Source of the DNA: an uncultured delta proteobacterium | GTDB taxonomy: Bacteria; Desulfobacterota; Desulfobacteria; Desulfobacterales; Desulfatirhabdiaceae | Direction: 5' to 3' | NCBI GenBank assembly: GCA_963789395.1 | Contig: CAWBKP010000012.1 | Coordinates: 297,264-361,263 of the forward strand | Length of the DNA stretch: 64,000 nt | Shown here: piece after piece, positions 42,107 to 53,158 of the stretch | Layout of the letters: each line of letters starts with the position of its first letter | Position numbering within the stretch: position 1 is the stretch's first letter | The notes under the pieces: model-generated | Seen by the model: only the letters and a program-made list of their open reading frames with translations | The model's database searches: none | What the model was told of the DNA's origin: nothing | Program-made: the position numbers and the translations under genes

Positions 42107-43017
42107 TTTCCAACCCGCTTCTTTTTCAAAAGAGATGCTACCCCACCGGGCAGAAAAATCAGGGCAGCCACAAAAATCAGAAAACGGCCTACCGGCGCCC
42201 ACCCCATTCCAATATACGTTGCTGTCATGGACTCGAAAACACCCAGAATCAACCCGCCAATGATGGCGCCGATGGTCGAACCCAGCCCTCCAAGGATGGT
42301 AATGACAAAGGCAATCAGGGTAAACTGTCCTCCAAGGGAAGGATAAAGATAGTAAATCGGGATAAACAGGCACCCTGCTGCGCCGACCAGGGCCGAACCA
42401 AGTCCGAAGGTTACCACTCGCATGAGCTTGACATTTACCCCCATCAGAAGGGCCGCATCCATATCTTGAGCAGTCGCTCGTATGGATTTACCCGAATCTG
42501 TTTTTGCAAGAAAAAACCACAGGGCAATGGTAATGGCCACTGCAAAAACAAAAGATACGGTCCAGGGAACAGACAGGGAAAGTTCAAAGGGAGCATTTTT
42601 CCAGTAATCGGTAAGGTACCAGGCGCTGGTGCCATAGCTGACCGGAGTAGAGCGATAATCGGATGTAAAAAATATGGTGGCCAGATTTGCCAGCACCATA
42701 CCGACGCCCACCGTCAGAATCACCTGATTTTCCGGCAGGATGGAATCCACTTTCAACACCGGATTGATCAAATATTTCTGAATGAATATCCCCAGAAAAA
42801 ACAGAACCGGACTTGCGATAAACACCGAAAGATATGGATCGACGCCAACCAGGGTAAACATCCAGAAGGCAACGTACATGCCCACCATCATCAGTTCGCC
42901 ATGGGCAAGGTTGATGATCTTCATCACCCCCATGATAAGCGTCATGCCGATGCCGATCAATGCATAAAGACCGCCAAGCAACAGCCCTGCTATGAGCGTT
43001 TGCAGAAAACTTTCCAT
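42103..43017 (-). CDS. livH: Branched-chain amino acid ABC permease
   Basis: GLLLGGLYALIGIGMTLIMGVMKIINLAHGE, GKSIRATAQD. Confidence 0.9.
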   Translation of the reverse strand: MESFLQTLIAGLLLGGLYALIGIGMTLIMGVMKIINLAHGELMMVGMYVAFWMFTLVGVDPYLSVFIASPVLFFLGIFIQKYLINPVLKVDSILPENQVILTVGVGMVLANLATIFFTSDYRSTPVSYGTSAWYLTDYWKNAPFELSLSVPWTVSFVFAVAITIALWFFLAKTDSGKSIRATAQDMDAALLMGVNVKLMRVVTFGLGSALVGAAGCLFIPIYYLYPSLGGQFTLIAFVITILGGLGSTIGAIIGGLILGVFESMTATYIGMGWAPVGRFLIFVAALIFLPGGVASLLKKKRVGK

Positions 43018-43079
43018 AACAATCCCATCCTTCTGGATAAGCGATTATTAAAACAATTCAAATAGTTGATCTTATAATC

Positions 43080-43103
43080 GTTCCCGCGCTGGATCGCGGG
43101 AGC
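43080..43103. repeat. GC-rich hairpin between the SBP and permease genes
   Basis: GTTCCCGCG-CTGGAT-CGCGGGAGC. Confidence 0.5.
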
Positions 43104-43168
43104 AAGAAACCGGCCGCTTATCTATGGCCATTTTTAAATGGTAAAATCTTCATGATAACAACCTACTG

Positions 43169-44359
43169 CTACTTTCTGTCTCTCCATGCCGGAATGGGGT
43201 AGATATATTTGGCACTGGCAGAGTTCTCCGGCCATATGGTTTCATGCTTACCGTTGATCACCTGTAGCACAAGTGTCTCCATGAAGTTCTGATTCTGGTA
43301 TCCTTCCTTGTCTTCAAACTGAATAGGTCCAAAAGCCGTCATCATCTTGGTGGCTTTCATGGCTGCCCGAAGTTCGGCAGGATCCATGCTTTTTGCCCGC
43401 TCGATCACATCCTTGATGATATAAAGTGCTGAATAGGCCTCTGCCCCATGATATGAAGGATAGTCTCCAAACTTCGCTTTATATTTTTCAGCAAAATCCT
43501 TTGCTCCCGGATATTTCACCTGATTACTCCACAGTGTGGCCGTAACCACATATTCTGCTGCATCTTTGGCATTGTGAATAAATTCGGGTATAGCAAATCC
43601 GGCAGCACCGCCCGCATACAGTTTGGCGTCAATTCGAAGTTCCTTGATCTGTTTCATCAGAAGAGAAGCATCCATAACGTAAGATACCATATAAATTACA
43701 TCGGGTTTTTCAGACTTTACCTTGGTCAGAATCGGTTTAAAATCAACGGCACCTTTTTCGTATCTTTCCTTAACAACGACCTTCATGCCGATTTTCTGCC
43801 CATACTTTTCCATTTCATCAGCGCCGGACGTTCCAAAATCAGAACTTTCATATAAAATGGCGATAGAAACTGGCTTAACGACCTTAGACAAAAAAGAGCC
43901 CAGACCTGCGGCATAATATGCATTGGATGGATTCATCCGGAAAACATACTCATAATTCTGTTGGGTAATGGAATCGTCCGCTCCGGTAACCACCAGATAG
44001 GGGATTTTTCTCTCATTGGCTACTGCTGCAATTGCCTTTGAACAGGAAGAGCTGTAATCACCAAAAAGAATCGGTTGTTTATTAACGTCTATCAGTTTTT
44101 CAGCAATTGCGCGGGAAATTTCAGGCTTGCCCTGAGCATCTTCAAAGTTCAGAGCAACGGTCTTGCCCTTAATTCCGCCCTTGGCATTAATTTCTTCCAT
44201 CGCAATCTGATAGGATCGCATTTCCATTTCACCGAACTTGGCCTGGGAGCCGGTCAGCGGCAGAGGAATCCCAAACTCCAGAGTATCTGCCATACTAAGA
44301 CCTGTAATAGCAATTCCAAAAACAAACACCATGACCATCATCACAGTTACACGTTTCAT
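43169..44359 (-). CDS. Branched-chain amino acid-type ABC substrate-binding protein
   Basis: Signal peptide, PLTGSQAKFG, EINAKGGIKG, YESSDFG. Confidence 0.9.
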   Translation of the reverse strand: MKRVTVMMVMVFVFGIAITGLSMADTLEFGIPLPLTGSQAKFGEMEMRSYQIAMEEINAKGGIKGKTVALNFEDAQGKPEISRAIAEKLIDVNKQPILFGDYSSSCSKAIAAVANERKIPYLVVTGADDSITQQNYEYVFRMNPSNAYYAAGLGSFLSKVVKPVSIAILYESSDFGTSGADEMEKYGQKIGMKVVVKERYEKGAVDFKPILTKVKSEKPDVIYMVSYVMDASLLMKQIKELRIDAKLYAGGAAGFAIPEFIHNAKDAAEYVVTATLWSNQVKYPGAKDFAEKYKAKFGDYPSYHGAEAYSALYIIKDVIERAKSMDPAELRAAMKATKMMTAFGPIQFEDKEGYQNQNFMETLVLQVINGKHETIWPENSASAKYIYPIPAWRDRK

Positions 44360-44414
44360 GTTATCCTCCATTTAGAAATTATTGGGATAATAAACTTGAT
44401 AAAATCATCAGACA

Positions 44415-44431
44415 TGCAGGAAAAATGCCAA
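44415..44431 (-). promoter_or_regulatory. Sigma-54 (-24/-12) promoter of the liv operon
   Basis: Minus strand TTGGCATTTTTCCTGCA = GG-N10-GC, ~55 bp upstream of the ATG. Confidence 0.7.
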
Positions 44432-44690
44432 GAAAACACGCAAACAGATTTTACACACTCCCGGCAAGCCGGTGATCAATCCTGCTTCAACACACAGCAA
44501 ATTAACTTTTAATGGAATCGATCCTGAACACCAGCAAAATCTCGAACAGATCTGATCTTTTATAACACACATCGACTGTTTTTTCCAGGATATATTTTTT
44601 TATTATGACACATTCAATAAATTACCGATCTTTTATCAATTTTAAAGATCTATCAGATATGTTATCGAATAATATTTAGCACTAATCAAG

Positions 44691-44727
44691 TGGCTGATTT
44701 ACGCCACATATTGGCTGATTTACGCCA
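44691..44727. promoter_or_regulatory. Tandem putative enhancer-binding-protein sites
   Basis: Exact repeat TGGCTGATTTACGCCA at 44691 and 44712 (period 21 bp); each copy is a TGGC-N8-GCCA palindrome. Confidence 0.65.
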
Positions 44728-44952
44728 GTTAATTATTCCTGGTGCTTTTTCAATTCACCAATGCCCATTAGTTGATGACTGGAACAGTTAACGTTACCTG
44801 CAAATTGGAAAGGGATTCCATTGTTGATTAATAAAAAGGGATTGGTATAATAATTGTTTGTACCCGGAATATCCGCTGTGGTTGGAAAAACCCAGCGTCA
44901 AAGATATCAATTCGCTCATTATAAGCATCTAATAAGGAGAATCGCAAAGCTA

Positions 44953-47199
44953 ATGAATCCGTTCGAAAAAGAAGTTCTACAGTACCACATGGAGCCCAGA
45001 CCCGGCAAAATCGCAGTCGTTCCCAGCAAGCCCTGCCTGTCGCAGCGGGATCTGAGCCTGGCCTACACACCGGGAGTAGCGATTCCCTGCCTGGAAATTC
45101 AGAAAAACCCCAATTTCTCTTTCGATTATACCTCCCGCGGGAATCTTGTCGGCGTCATCACCAATGGCACGGCGGTTCTGGGGCTTGGCAACATCGGCGC
45201 ACTGGCCGGCAAGCCAGTTATGGAAGGCAAGGCGGTTTTGTTCAAACGGTTTGCCGATATCGATGTTTTCGACATCGAAGTCAACACGGAGGATCCGGAC
45301 GAATTCATCCGGACGGTCAAGCTGCTGGAGCCCACATTCGGGGGCATCAACCTGGAGGATATCAAGGCGCCTGATTGCTTCTATATTGAAGAAACGCTCA
45401 AAAAACAGATGTCCATTCCTGTCTTTCACGACGATCAGCATGGCACCGCGATCATATCCAGCGCTGGCCTGGTGAATGCCTGCATTCTGACGGACCGGAA
45501 AATGGCAGACCTGCGCATCGTGATCAACGGGGCGGGCGCTGCGGCCATCGCCAGCGCCGAGCTCTATATTCAGCTGGGCTGCCTCAGGGAAAACATCATG
45601 CTTCTGGATTCCAACGGCGTTATTTACAAGGGGCGTGAACGCGGCATGAACCCCTACAAAGAGGCGTTTGCCATCGATACGGAACTTCGGACCCTCGATG
45701 AGGCGGTACGCGGTGCGAATGTACTGGTCGGCCTGTCGGTAAAAGGCGCATTCACTCCGGAAATGCTCAGGCAGATGAGTGATAAACCGATTATTTTCGC
45801 ACTGGCCAACCCGGATGCTGAAATCGATTACGATGAAGCAAAAGCAGCCAGGCCGGATGCCATCGTGGCGACCGGACGCTCCGATTATCCCAACCAGGTC
45901 AACAATGTGCTGGGGTTTCCGTTTATTTTCAGAGGCGCCCTGGATGTGCGCGCCAAAGCCATCAATTTGGAAATGAAGCTGGCCGCCGTTCACACACTTG
46001 CCGAACTGGCCCGTGAAGATGTTCCGGATTCGGTAATCCGGGCATATGGCGGCAAGCCCATTCGATTCGGAGCCGATTACATCATCCCCAAGCCCTTGGA
46101 TTCCAGAGTCCTTCTTATGGTAACGCCTGCGGTTGCCAATGCCGCGGTCGCCAGCGGAGTGGCCCGCGTGGGCCTTCCCAGCCCCCAGGCCTACCTGCAG
46201 GATCTGGAAACCCGGCTGGGACCCGAACGGGAAGTGATGCGGAAAATTATTTTCAGCGCGCAGCAGAACCCCAAGCGGATCGTGCTGCCCGAAGGCAACC
46301 ATCCCACCATTTTGCGAGCAGCGCATCAAGTGGCGCGGGAAGGCATCGCCATTCCGCTGCTTCTCGGAAACGAGGATGAAATCCGCTTTATTGCCGGCGA
46401 TTTGAACATTCCTCTGGACGGCATCGAAATTCTGGATCATCTCAAAAGCCCGCTTTTTGAGAAGTTCTCGGACAAACTCTTTCAAATGCGTGCCCGAAAG
46501 GGCTGGTCCCCGGCGGAAACGCGGTGGCAGCTCAGAAACCGTTTCGTGTTCGGAGCCATGATGGTTCATGAAGGGCTGGTGCACGGCCAGGTGCACGGCA
46601 TCAGCCGGTCTTATCCGGATGCGATCCGTCCGATGCTTCAGGTGATTCCCAAACGACCGGGGGTTTCTAAGGTCGCGGGTATATATATGATGATTTTCAG
46701 GGACCACACCCTGTTTATGGCGGACACCACCGTGAATATCCATCCCAGTTCCGAAGATCTGGCCGAGATTGCGATACTTTCCGCTGAAATGGTCAAATTT
46801 TTCGATATCAAACCCATTATCGCCATGCTGTCATTTTCCAATTTCGGATCCACCCGTCATCCGGACGCCACGCGGGTGGAGAATGCCGTTGAAATCGTAC
46901 GCAAACGGAATCCGGACCTGATTATCGACGGCGAAATGCAGGCGGATACGGCGGTTTCCGAAGAAATTTTAAACCGGCTGTATCCGTTCAACCGGCTGGG
47001 CTCTCCGGCCAATGTGCTGATATTCCCCAATCTGGACGCAGGAAACGCCGCTTATAAATTGCTGAACCGATTGGGTGGGGCCAAGGCCGTAGGACCATTT
47101 TTAATGGGCATCAGCAAGCCGTTTAATGTGCTGCAGCGGGATACGGATATGGAAAATGTCGTGAACGTTATCGCCTTTACGGTGATCCAGTCTCGATAA
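44953..47199 (+). CDS. maeB: NADP-dependent malic enzyme with PTA-like C-terminal domain
   Basis: [54 protein letters not shown]. Confidence 0.95.
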   Translation: MNPFEKEVLQYHMEPRPGKIAVVPSKPCLSQRDLSLAYTPGVAIPCLEIQKNPNFSFDYTSRGNLVGVITNGTAVLGLGNIGALAGKPVMEGKAVLFKRFADIDVFDIEVNTEDPDEFIRTVKLLEPTFGGINLEDIKAPDCFYIEETLKKQMSIPVFHDDQHGTAIISSAGLVNACILTDRKMADLRIVINGAGAAAIASAELYIQLGCLRENIMLLDSNGVIYKGRERGMNPYKEAFAIDTELRTLDEAVRGANVLVGLSVKGAFTPEMLRQMSDKPIIFALANPDAEIDYDEAKAARPDAIVATGRSDYPNQVNNVLGFPFIFRGALDVRAKAINLEMKLAAVHTLAELAREDVPDSVIRAYGGKPIRFGADYIIPKPLDSRVLLMVTPAVANAAVASGVARVGLPSPQAYLQDLETRLGPEREVMRKIIFSAQQNPKRIVLPEGNHPTILRAAHQVAREGIAIPLLLGNEDEIRFIAGDLNIPLDGIEILDHLKSPLFEKFSDKLFQMRARKGWSPAETRWQLRNRFVFGAMMVHEGLVHGQVHGISRSYPDAIRPMLQVIPKRPGVSKVAGIYMMIFRDHTLFMADTTVNIHPSSEDLAEIAILSAEMVKFFDIKPIIAMLSFSNFGSTRHPDATRVENAVEIVRKRNPDLIIDGEMQADTAVSEEILNRLYPFNRLGSPANVLIFPNLDAGNAAYKLLNRLGGAKAVGPFLMGISKPFNVLQRDTDMENVVNVIAFTVIQSR

Positions 47200-47429
47200 T
47201 TCAACCTGTAGCCTTCAATTGGAGGAGGTTTTGTTTCCCTTGTTCTTCTCTGCTTATTCATCCACAGAGCCTGAGAACGGGAAGGCGCTTTCGGTTCGGC
47301 TGTGTCAATCCGTATTTTGTTGACATTGAAGACTTTAATTGTGTAAGTGTTTTAATTGTAACCGCTTATGAATCGACGAAAACGCATTTTCACGGCAAAC
47401 TGTTCAAAGTTTATTTTGAGGAGGGGAAA

Positions 47430-47738
47430 ATGACGGTACGCGTACTCATGACACGAAGAGTTCCGAAACTGACGAACGGACTGGAAGCCACCATGCTGCG
47501 CAATCTCTATGAATTGCTGTTCGAACTGCGGAATATGGCAAATCATCAGCCGGGTTATATTTCCGGGGAAACCATGCGCAATGTCGAGGACCGCAACGAA
47601 TATCTTGTTATCAGCACCTGGAAATCCCTTGAAGCATGGCAGAAATGGTTTGCCAACGAGAAACGGGCGGAGAAGGAAGGCAATGTGGATGCGCTGCTCG
47701 GATCAGCGACCGTCTATAAAATTTACAGTTATGACTAA
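47430..47738 (+). CDS. Antibiotic biosynthesis monooxygenase (ABM) family protein
   Basis: QPGYISGET, YLVISTWKSLEAWQKW. Confidence 0.8.
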   Translation: MTVRVLMTRRVPKLTNGLEATMLRNLYELLFELRNMANHQPGYISGETMRNVEDRNEYLVISTWKSLEAWQKWFANEKRAEKEGNVDALLGSATVYKIYSYD

Positions 47739-47798
47739 TTGCGGATTTCTGCCCATTACCAATCGCGGTTAAGATTGACGACTTAGGACATAAAGCCT

Positions 47799-49181
47799 TT
47801 GACGGATGAATTCGATGTGATTATCGTGGGCGGCGGCCCTGCGGGTCTGTTTGCAGCGTATTATTTATGCGAACATTCGGATCTGCGGGTGTTGCTGATT
47901 GAAAAGGGCAAGACCCCATTTCGCCGCAAATGTCCCATGAATGCCAAAAATCCCTGCCAGCACTGCAAACCGTGCAATATCCTCTGCGGCATCGGCGGCG
48001 CCGGACTCTTTTCGGACGGCAAACTCAACTACATCTACAAACTGGGCAAAACCGACCTGTCGCAATTCCTGTCCATAAGCGACGCCCAGAAATTAATCGA
48101 TGAAACAGAGCAGATTTTCAACCTTTTCGGCATGGACGGACCGGTCTATCCCACCGACATGGCAGCGGCCCAGACTATTCGAAAAACCGCAAAGCGCCAT
48201 GGAATCGACCTGTTGATCATCAAACAGAAGCATCTGGGCAGCGATCGCCTGCCGGACTATATCGCCGATATGGCCGAAACCATCCGCTCCCGGGGCGTGG
48301 GAATGCACACCTCTGAAGATGTGCGCGACATCACGGTGATCGACGGCCGGGTGACCGGCGTGGTCACCAACCGCAAAACCTACGCCGCGGCCCATGTCAT
48401 TCTGGCTCCCGGCCGGGCAGGCGCCAACTGGATGGGCCAATTGGCCGAAAAATACAATTTGGGGTTGTCTCAGCGCGGTATCGAAGTCGGCGTTCGGGTC
48501 GAGGTGCATAACGACATATTACAGGATCTGTGCCGTATCATCTATGATCCCACATTTTTCATTCAAACCGAAAAATACGATGATCAGACGCGCACCTTTT
48601 GCACCAACCAGGGTGGATATGTGGCCATGGAGAATTACAGCCGCTTTGTCTGCGTCAATGGTCACGCCTATCAGGACCGGAAGTCGGAAAACACGAATTT
48701 TGCCTTTTTGTCCAAGGTGGTGCTGACGGAACCCGTTACCGACAACCAGGCATATGGCGAGTCCATCGGCCAGCTGGCAACCTTGATCGGCGGCGGCAAA
48801 CCGATCCTGCAGCGATTCGGAGATCTGAAACGGGGACGCCGCAGCACCTGGCATCGCATCCACAAGGGATACATCACCCCTACCCTCACGAATGTAGTCT
48901 GCGGCGATATTGCCATGGCCCTGCCCGAACGGATTTTAACCAATCTCACCGAAGGGCTGGGAAAACTCAATCAGGTGGTCACCGGCGTTTCCAATGACGA
49001 GACCCTGCTTTATGCACCGGAAATCAAATTCTTCGCAACCCAGGTGCATACCGACGCTCATCTGGAGACGGCAATCAAGGGACTGTTTGTGGCCGGCGAC
49101 GGTCCGGGCGTGGCCGGCAACATCGTATCGGCCAGCGCAACAGGACTGATACCCGCCAAAGCCATTCTGGCTGGCCGGTAA
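47799..49181 (+). CDS. NAD(P)/FAD-dependent oxidoreductase with Cys cluster
   Basis: IVGGGPAG, CxxCxPC, GGAGLFSDGK, GVRVE, RTFCTN, LYAPEIKF, AGDGPG. Confidence 0.85.
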   Translation: MTDEFDVIIVGGGPAGLFAAYYLCEHSDLRVLLIEKGKTPFRRKCPMNAKNPCQHCKPCNILCGIGGAGLFSDGKLNYIYKLGKTDLSQFLSISDAQKLIDETEQIFNLFGMDGPVYPTDMAAAQTIRKTAKRHGIDLLIIKQKHLGSDRLPDYIADMAETIRSRGVGMHTSEDVRDITVIDGRVTGVVTNRKTYAAAHVILAPGRAGANWMGQLAEKYNLGLSQRGIEVGVRVEVHNDILQDLCRIIYDPTFFIQTEKYDDQTRTFCTNQGGYVAMENYSRFVCVNGHAYQDRKSENTNFAFLSKVVLTEPVTDNQAYGESIGQLATLIGGGKPILQRFGDLKRGRRSTWHRIHKGYITPTLTNVVCGDIAMALPERILTNLTEGLGKLNQVVTGVSNDETLLYAPEIKFFATQVHTDAHLETAIKGLFVAGDGPGVAGNIVSASATGLIPAKAILAGR

Positions 49182-49257
49182 GGACTGCAGCATCATGCAA
49201 ACAAGGCTATCCGGGTCTCCTCCGCCTGGACCAGCCAAACGGGAGAAAATCCGCCCC

Positions 49258-50196
49258 TTAAGATGCAGATTGCAGGCGTGTGTAAGCCATCAGCCCAATA
49301 ATTGTCAGTACAATTCCGATCACCCCGATGGGACCCGGGAAGACGCCCTGCAAAATAACAATTTCCCCAACGAGCGAGAAAAACACTTCCATGGATTGAG
49401 TGGCATCAACAGCGGCAATTTCGCCGGGAGTTACGCACAGGTGTCTGGCATGAAGAAACAGGGTTGTTGCAACGACTCCGGAAAACAACGCCACCATCGC
49501 CGTGTGAATCAGCTGCCCTGATGAAGGCGCAGGGGGAGAGGCAAGAAGAACAAGCATGATCCAGAATGGAATCGAACCCACGGTGAGCAGCAGCACACGG
49601 GCAAAGCTGTCTTCCATCACGGCATGCTCAATGTGTGGAATGAGGCCATTGCCCCCCTGCCTTGCCTCCCATACCATCTGATTGCCGATCGGATAGGCGA
49701 ATGCAGCAATCAGAACAGGGAAAACGCCAAGGATCATATCTTGAGTCGTTGCCGAAGCCGCATGCTCGATGTTCACCAGCAGGATACCCGTAAAGACGAG
49801 CCCTGTGAGCAGCACCCCTTTGGTCGGAACTTTCTTGCCAAAGACAAGCAGAACGATTGGCGTGGCCAGAATGGTAGTCTGCCAAGTCGTTGCGACGATC
49901 CACCCCGCTGCATAGGAAGCACTGAAGCTTATCAGCGCATAGAACACACCAAAGCCGATACTCCCTGCGGTGATCCAAAAGCGCCAATATCGAAGAAACA
50001 CCCCCTTGATCTCAGAAAGCTGTTTTGCGCCTTTTGTAAAGAGCAGACACACACTCAGAAACACAAGCATATATCCGAACCGCAGACTTGCAGTCCAGAC
50101 CCAATGACCGCCTTCCAGGCTCATGGCTCTGTTCAGGACAAACGTACTGCTGAAAAACAAGGCTGCCAGCATTCCAAGCAAAATGATGCGAAGCAT
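49258..50196 (-). CDS. DMT superfamily putative multidrug efflux transporter (YjlA-like)
   Basis: ALFFSSTFVLNRAM..GGHWVWTASLR, AYPIGNQ, AAVDATQSMEV; ~10 TM segments. Confidence 0.8.
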   Translation of the reverse strand: MLRIILLGMLAALFFSSTFVLNRAMSLEGGHWVWTASLRFGYMLVFLSVCLLFTKGAKQLSEIKGVFLRYWRFWITAGSIGFGVFYALISFSASYAAGWIVATTWQTTILATPIVLLVFGKKVPTKGVLLTGLVFTGILLVNIEHAASATTQDMILGVFPVLIAAFAYPIGNQMVWEARQGGNGLIPHIEHAVMEDSFARVLLLTVGSIPFWIMLVLLASPPAPSSGQLIHTAMVALFSGVVATTLFLHARHLCVTPGEIAAVDATQSMEVFFSLVGEIVILQGVFPGPIGVIGIVLTIIGLMAYTRLQSAS

Positions 50197-50232
50197 TACA
50201 ACTCCAGGCATGAAACACACTGTTATGCGTGA

Positions 50233-50697
50233 CTATGACTCCAAGATGGCGTCAATCAGCGCTTCTTTTTCGCGGTTGGTAATGTAGGGTCGCATGCGCA
50301 CATCGTGAATTTTGCCTTCGCGCTCCCTTTTTCGCCTGGCAGCCGCATCAATCTTGGCGGTTAACGCCACCAAATCGCATGGCTTCATCAGATAGTCCCG
50401 CGCACCGTTGCGCATGGCTTCAACGGCAGTGGCAACCGTGGCGTGAGCCGTGAGCATAATCGGTTCCAGCAGGGGCTGCCTCGCTTTGATATGGCTGAGG
50501 GTTTCCAGGCCATCCATGCCGGGCATCTTGACATCCAGCAGCACCACATCCACGTTTTTTATATCATCCAGCATACGAAGCGCAGCTTCGCCGCTCAGGG
50601 CGGAAACCACCTGATAGCCCCGGCTCACCAACCGCCGGGACAGCGCTTCAACAAAGCCATTTTCATCATCGACCAGCAGAAGTTGGATGGGCATCAT
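50233..50697 (-). CDS. Response regulator receiver protein
   Basis: LLLVDDE, LLDVKMPGMDG, LTAHAT, YLMKP. Confidence 0.85.
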   Translation of the reverse strand: MMPIQLLLVDDENGFVEALSRRLVSRGYQVVSALSGEAALRMLDDIKNVDVVLLDVKMPGMDGLETLSHIKARQPLLEPIMLTAHATVATAVEAMRNGARDYLMKPCDLVALTAKIDAAARRKREREGKIHDVRMRPYITNREKEALIDAILES

Positions 50698-50863
50698 GGA
50701 TGTTGCCTGCCTTTCTTGCGCATGACGCAATATAGTCCATAAATTGATGAATAATCAAGCCGGACGCTAAATGCGGGAGATTTGGATCAGAAATCGATGA
50801 TATTGGAAAAAACCGTGCTGCATGCCGGGTCGGCAGAGAAGCTGACGGGAAGATGATCGGTAG

Positions 50864-50883
50864 ATTACCTTTTGGTCATTTTA
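50864..50883 (-). promoter_or_regulatory. CusR/CopR-like box
   Basis: Minus strand AAAATGACCAAAAGGTAATC (TGAC-N6-GTAA), just downstream of a CusRS-like pair. Confidence 0.4.
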
Positions 50884-50920
50884 GAACTGCAGGAGAGCGG
50901 TTTCCTTCGAAAAGTCGGGA

Positions 50921-52327
50921 TCAGGACTGTGGAAGCGTTACGGTAAAGGCGCTTCCCTGCCCCGGCCGGCTTGACACCGTGATATCGCCCCCATGAGCCC
51001 GGGCGATGGCCCGTGCCAGACTGAGGCCAAGGCCGGTTCCGGCTTCGGATCGGCTCCGGTCGCACCGGTAGAAGCGCTCGAAAATGTGAGGAATATCCGC
51101 TTCGGAAATACCGATGCCTGTATCTTGAACCGTAATCGTCAACGTATTTTCGGTGCATTCCGAAACCAGCATCTGGACGGTCCCGCCGGAGGCGGTGTAT
51201 TTGATCGCATTGTCCAGAAGGTTCGAGAGCATCCGCTGAATCGAACGGACATCCCCGAGGATGTCGCAGTTTTCAGGAATATCCCGGACCAACGTCAGGC
51301 CCTTGTCTTCAGCCATGGTTTCGAAAAGCGCACAGGCATCCCGGACAAGATGTGCCAGATCGATTTTCTCCCGAACGGGCTGATCCACACCGGCTTGTGT
51401 TTTTGATATCATCAGCATGGTGTTGATCATATCCAGAAGGCGATCGCAATCCTCAATGGCGCTTGCCGCCATGGTCTGGTATTCGGACAGGGACTCCCCG
51501 GTGGTCAGGGTGATCTCGGCCATGCCCCGGATACGGGTAAGCGGACTCTTCAAATCATGCGCAATATTGTCGCCCATCTGCCGGATCTCCGTGACAAGGG
51601 CCTGGATACGGTCCAGCATCTGGTTGAAAGTTACCGCCAGCTGATCGATTTCATCGCCCCTGGACTTGACGGGAACCCGCTTTTCAAGCGTGCCCCCGGA
51701 AATGCTCCGGGCCGTTCGGGTAATCGCCTCGACGCCCGAAACAGCCCGGCGGGCCATGAACCAGCCGACCCCTGTCGCCAGAGCAATGAGAAGCGCCATC
51801 GTCGTTAGAAATATTCCCCGGAAGGCGTCGATGATCCGCGCGTAATTTTCCATCGACTGGCCGATCTGGAGAATAACGCCGGGGCCGATCAATGCGTAGA
51901 GGATACGCACCTGGTCCCGGCGGCCATCCAGGCTGGCCGTTTCCAGCACCTGGCTGCTGCCGGAAAGAAGCTGCCCGATCGCCGTCTTGCGGACGGGAAT
52001 ATCTTTCCAATACGTCATGTTGGACGAGGACACGGCCTCTCCTGTTGGATAGAGAAGCCGGATAAAGACTTTTTTTTCACCGGCAGCCTGGGCTTCAAGC
52101 AGGGCGAAATTTTCGACCACGCCGATGCCCCGTTCCCGCAACAGGGATGAAAACTGGGCTGCCTGGCTTAAAAGCTCCTGATCCGTTCTTTCCCGGATTA
52201 CGGAGGTGATGAGGGCATAAAACAGAAGAAAGGCGACAAAGGAGGAGACCGCGAAAATCCCGGCGTACCAAAGGGTCAGTCGGAAGGAGAGGCTACTGTG
52301 CAAGCGGCTGGGTTTCCTTGAGGACAT
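50921..52327 (-). CDS. Sensor histidine kinase (CusS/CzcS-like)
   Basis: TM-HAMP (GDEIDQLA), IAHDLKSPLTR, NLLDNAIKY, FERFYR, GTGLGL. Confidence 0.92.
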   Translation of the reverse strand: MSSRKPSRLHSSLSFRLTLWYAGIFAVSSFVAFLLFYALITSVIRERTDQELLSQAAQFSSLLRERGIGVVENFALLEAQAAGEKKVFIRLLYPTGEAVSSSNMTYWKDIPVRKTAIGQLLSGSSQVLETASLDGRRDQVRILYALIGPGVILQIGQSMENYARIIDAFRGIFLTTMALLIALATGVGWFMARRAVSGVEAITRTARSISGGTLEKRVPVKSRGDEIDQLAVTFNQMLDRIQALVTEIRQMGDNIAHDLKSPLTRIRGMAEITLTTGESLSEYQTMAASAIEDCDRLLDMINTMLMISKTQAGVDQPVREKIDLAHLVRDACALFETMAEDKGLTLVRDIPENCDILGDVRSIQRMLSNLLDNAIKYTASGGTVQMLVSECTENTLTITVQDTGIGISEADIPHIFERFYRCDRSRSEAGTGLGLSLARAIARAHGGDITVSSRPGQGSAFTVTLPQS

Positions 52328-52988
52328 ATCCCACTCCCCGGACGGTATGTATCAGCTTTTTTTCAAATCCTTTATCGATTTTATCCCGCAACCTGCTGAT
52401 TCTGGCTTCCACCACATTGGTCTGGGGATCGAAATGATAATCCCAAACATGTTCCATGATCATTGTTTTGGAGACGATCCTACCGGCATGCCGCATCAGA
52501 TATTCCAGAAGAGAAAACTCCAGGGGCTGCAATGCGATATTTTTTCCATCCCGAATCACCTCACGGGTCAGGAGGTTGACGGACAGCTCCGCAACGCTCA
52601 GCCGAGTAGGCTCGGAAATGCCGCCGGCCCGACGGATCAGCGCCTGCACCCGCGCCAACAGCTCGGAAAAAGCAAAGGGTTTTGTCAGATAATCATCCGC
52701 TCCGGTCTCCAGCCCCTTGACCCGGTCATCGACCTCACCTCTGGCGCTGAGGATCAGGACCGGCGTATTGACCTGTTGATTGCGCAGTTGACGGATCAGC
52801 GACAAACCGTCCCGTTTGGGCAGCATAATGTCGACTACAATCCCATCGTAAGGTTCAGAAATGGCCAGATCGAGTCCTGCTTCGCCGTCCAGTGCATGGT
52901 CAACGGCATACCCTGCGGATCTCAACCCCTTGAGAATGAATGAGGCGATCTTAACGTCATCCTCGACCACCAACAATCTCACCGCCAA
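52293..52988 (-). CDS. OmpR-family response regulator (CusR/CzcR-like)
   Basis: GADDYLTKPF, VWDYHFDPQTNVVE, IHTVRGVGY. Confidence 0.92.
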   Translation of the reverse strand: MAVRLLVVEDDVKIASFILKGLRSAGYAVDHALDGEAGLDLAISEPYDGIVVDIMLPKRDGLSLIRQLRNQQVNTPVLILSARGEVDDRVKGLETGADDYLTKPFAFSELLARVQALIRRAGGISEPTRLSVAELSVNLLTREVIRDGKNIALQPLEFSLLEYLMRHAGRIVSKTMIMEHVWDYHFDPQTNVVEARISRLRDKIDKGFEKKLIHTVRGVGYVLKETQPLAQ

Positions 52989-53035
52989 CCTCCATTATTG
53001 CATCTACAGGCAATATCCGCCTGCCGAGTCGATCT

Positions 53036-53158
53036 CTACATCCCCATACCGAGCATCAAGCGCACGATCCCGGCCAACACAAGCATGGCTGCCATGCCGC
53101 CGACAAACAACCCGCCAAACCACAGCCACTGGCGCTGTTTTTCAGTAAACCGCATCAT
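53036..53158 (-). CDS. Small membrane protein after cydB (DUF2474-like)
   Basis: MMRFTEKQRQWLWFGGLFVGGMAAMLVLAGIVRLML; overlaps the cydB stop. Confidence 0.6.
   Translation of the reverse strand: MMRFTEKQRQWLWFGGLFVGGMAAMLVLAGIVRLMLGMGM

Noticed and set aside
44691..44727. Direct repeat as a mini-CRISPR
   Set aside because: Only two 16-bp copies with a 5-bp spacer and no cas genes; it fits a protein-binding site better.
44977..46743. 588-aa minus-strand ORF
   Set aside because: Antisense shadow of maeB with no recognisable motifs.
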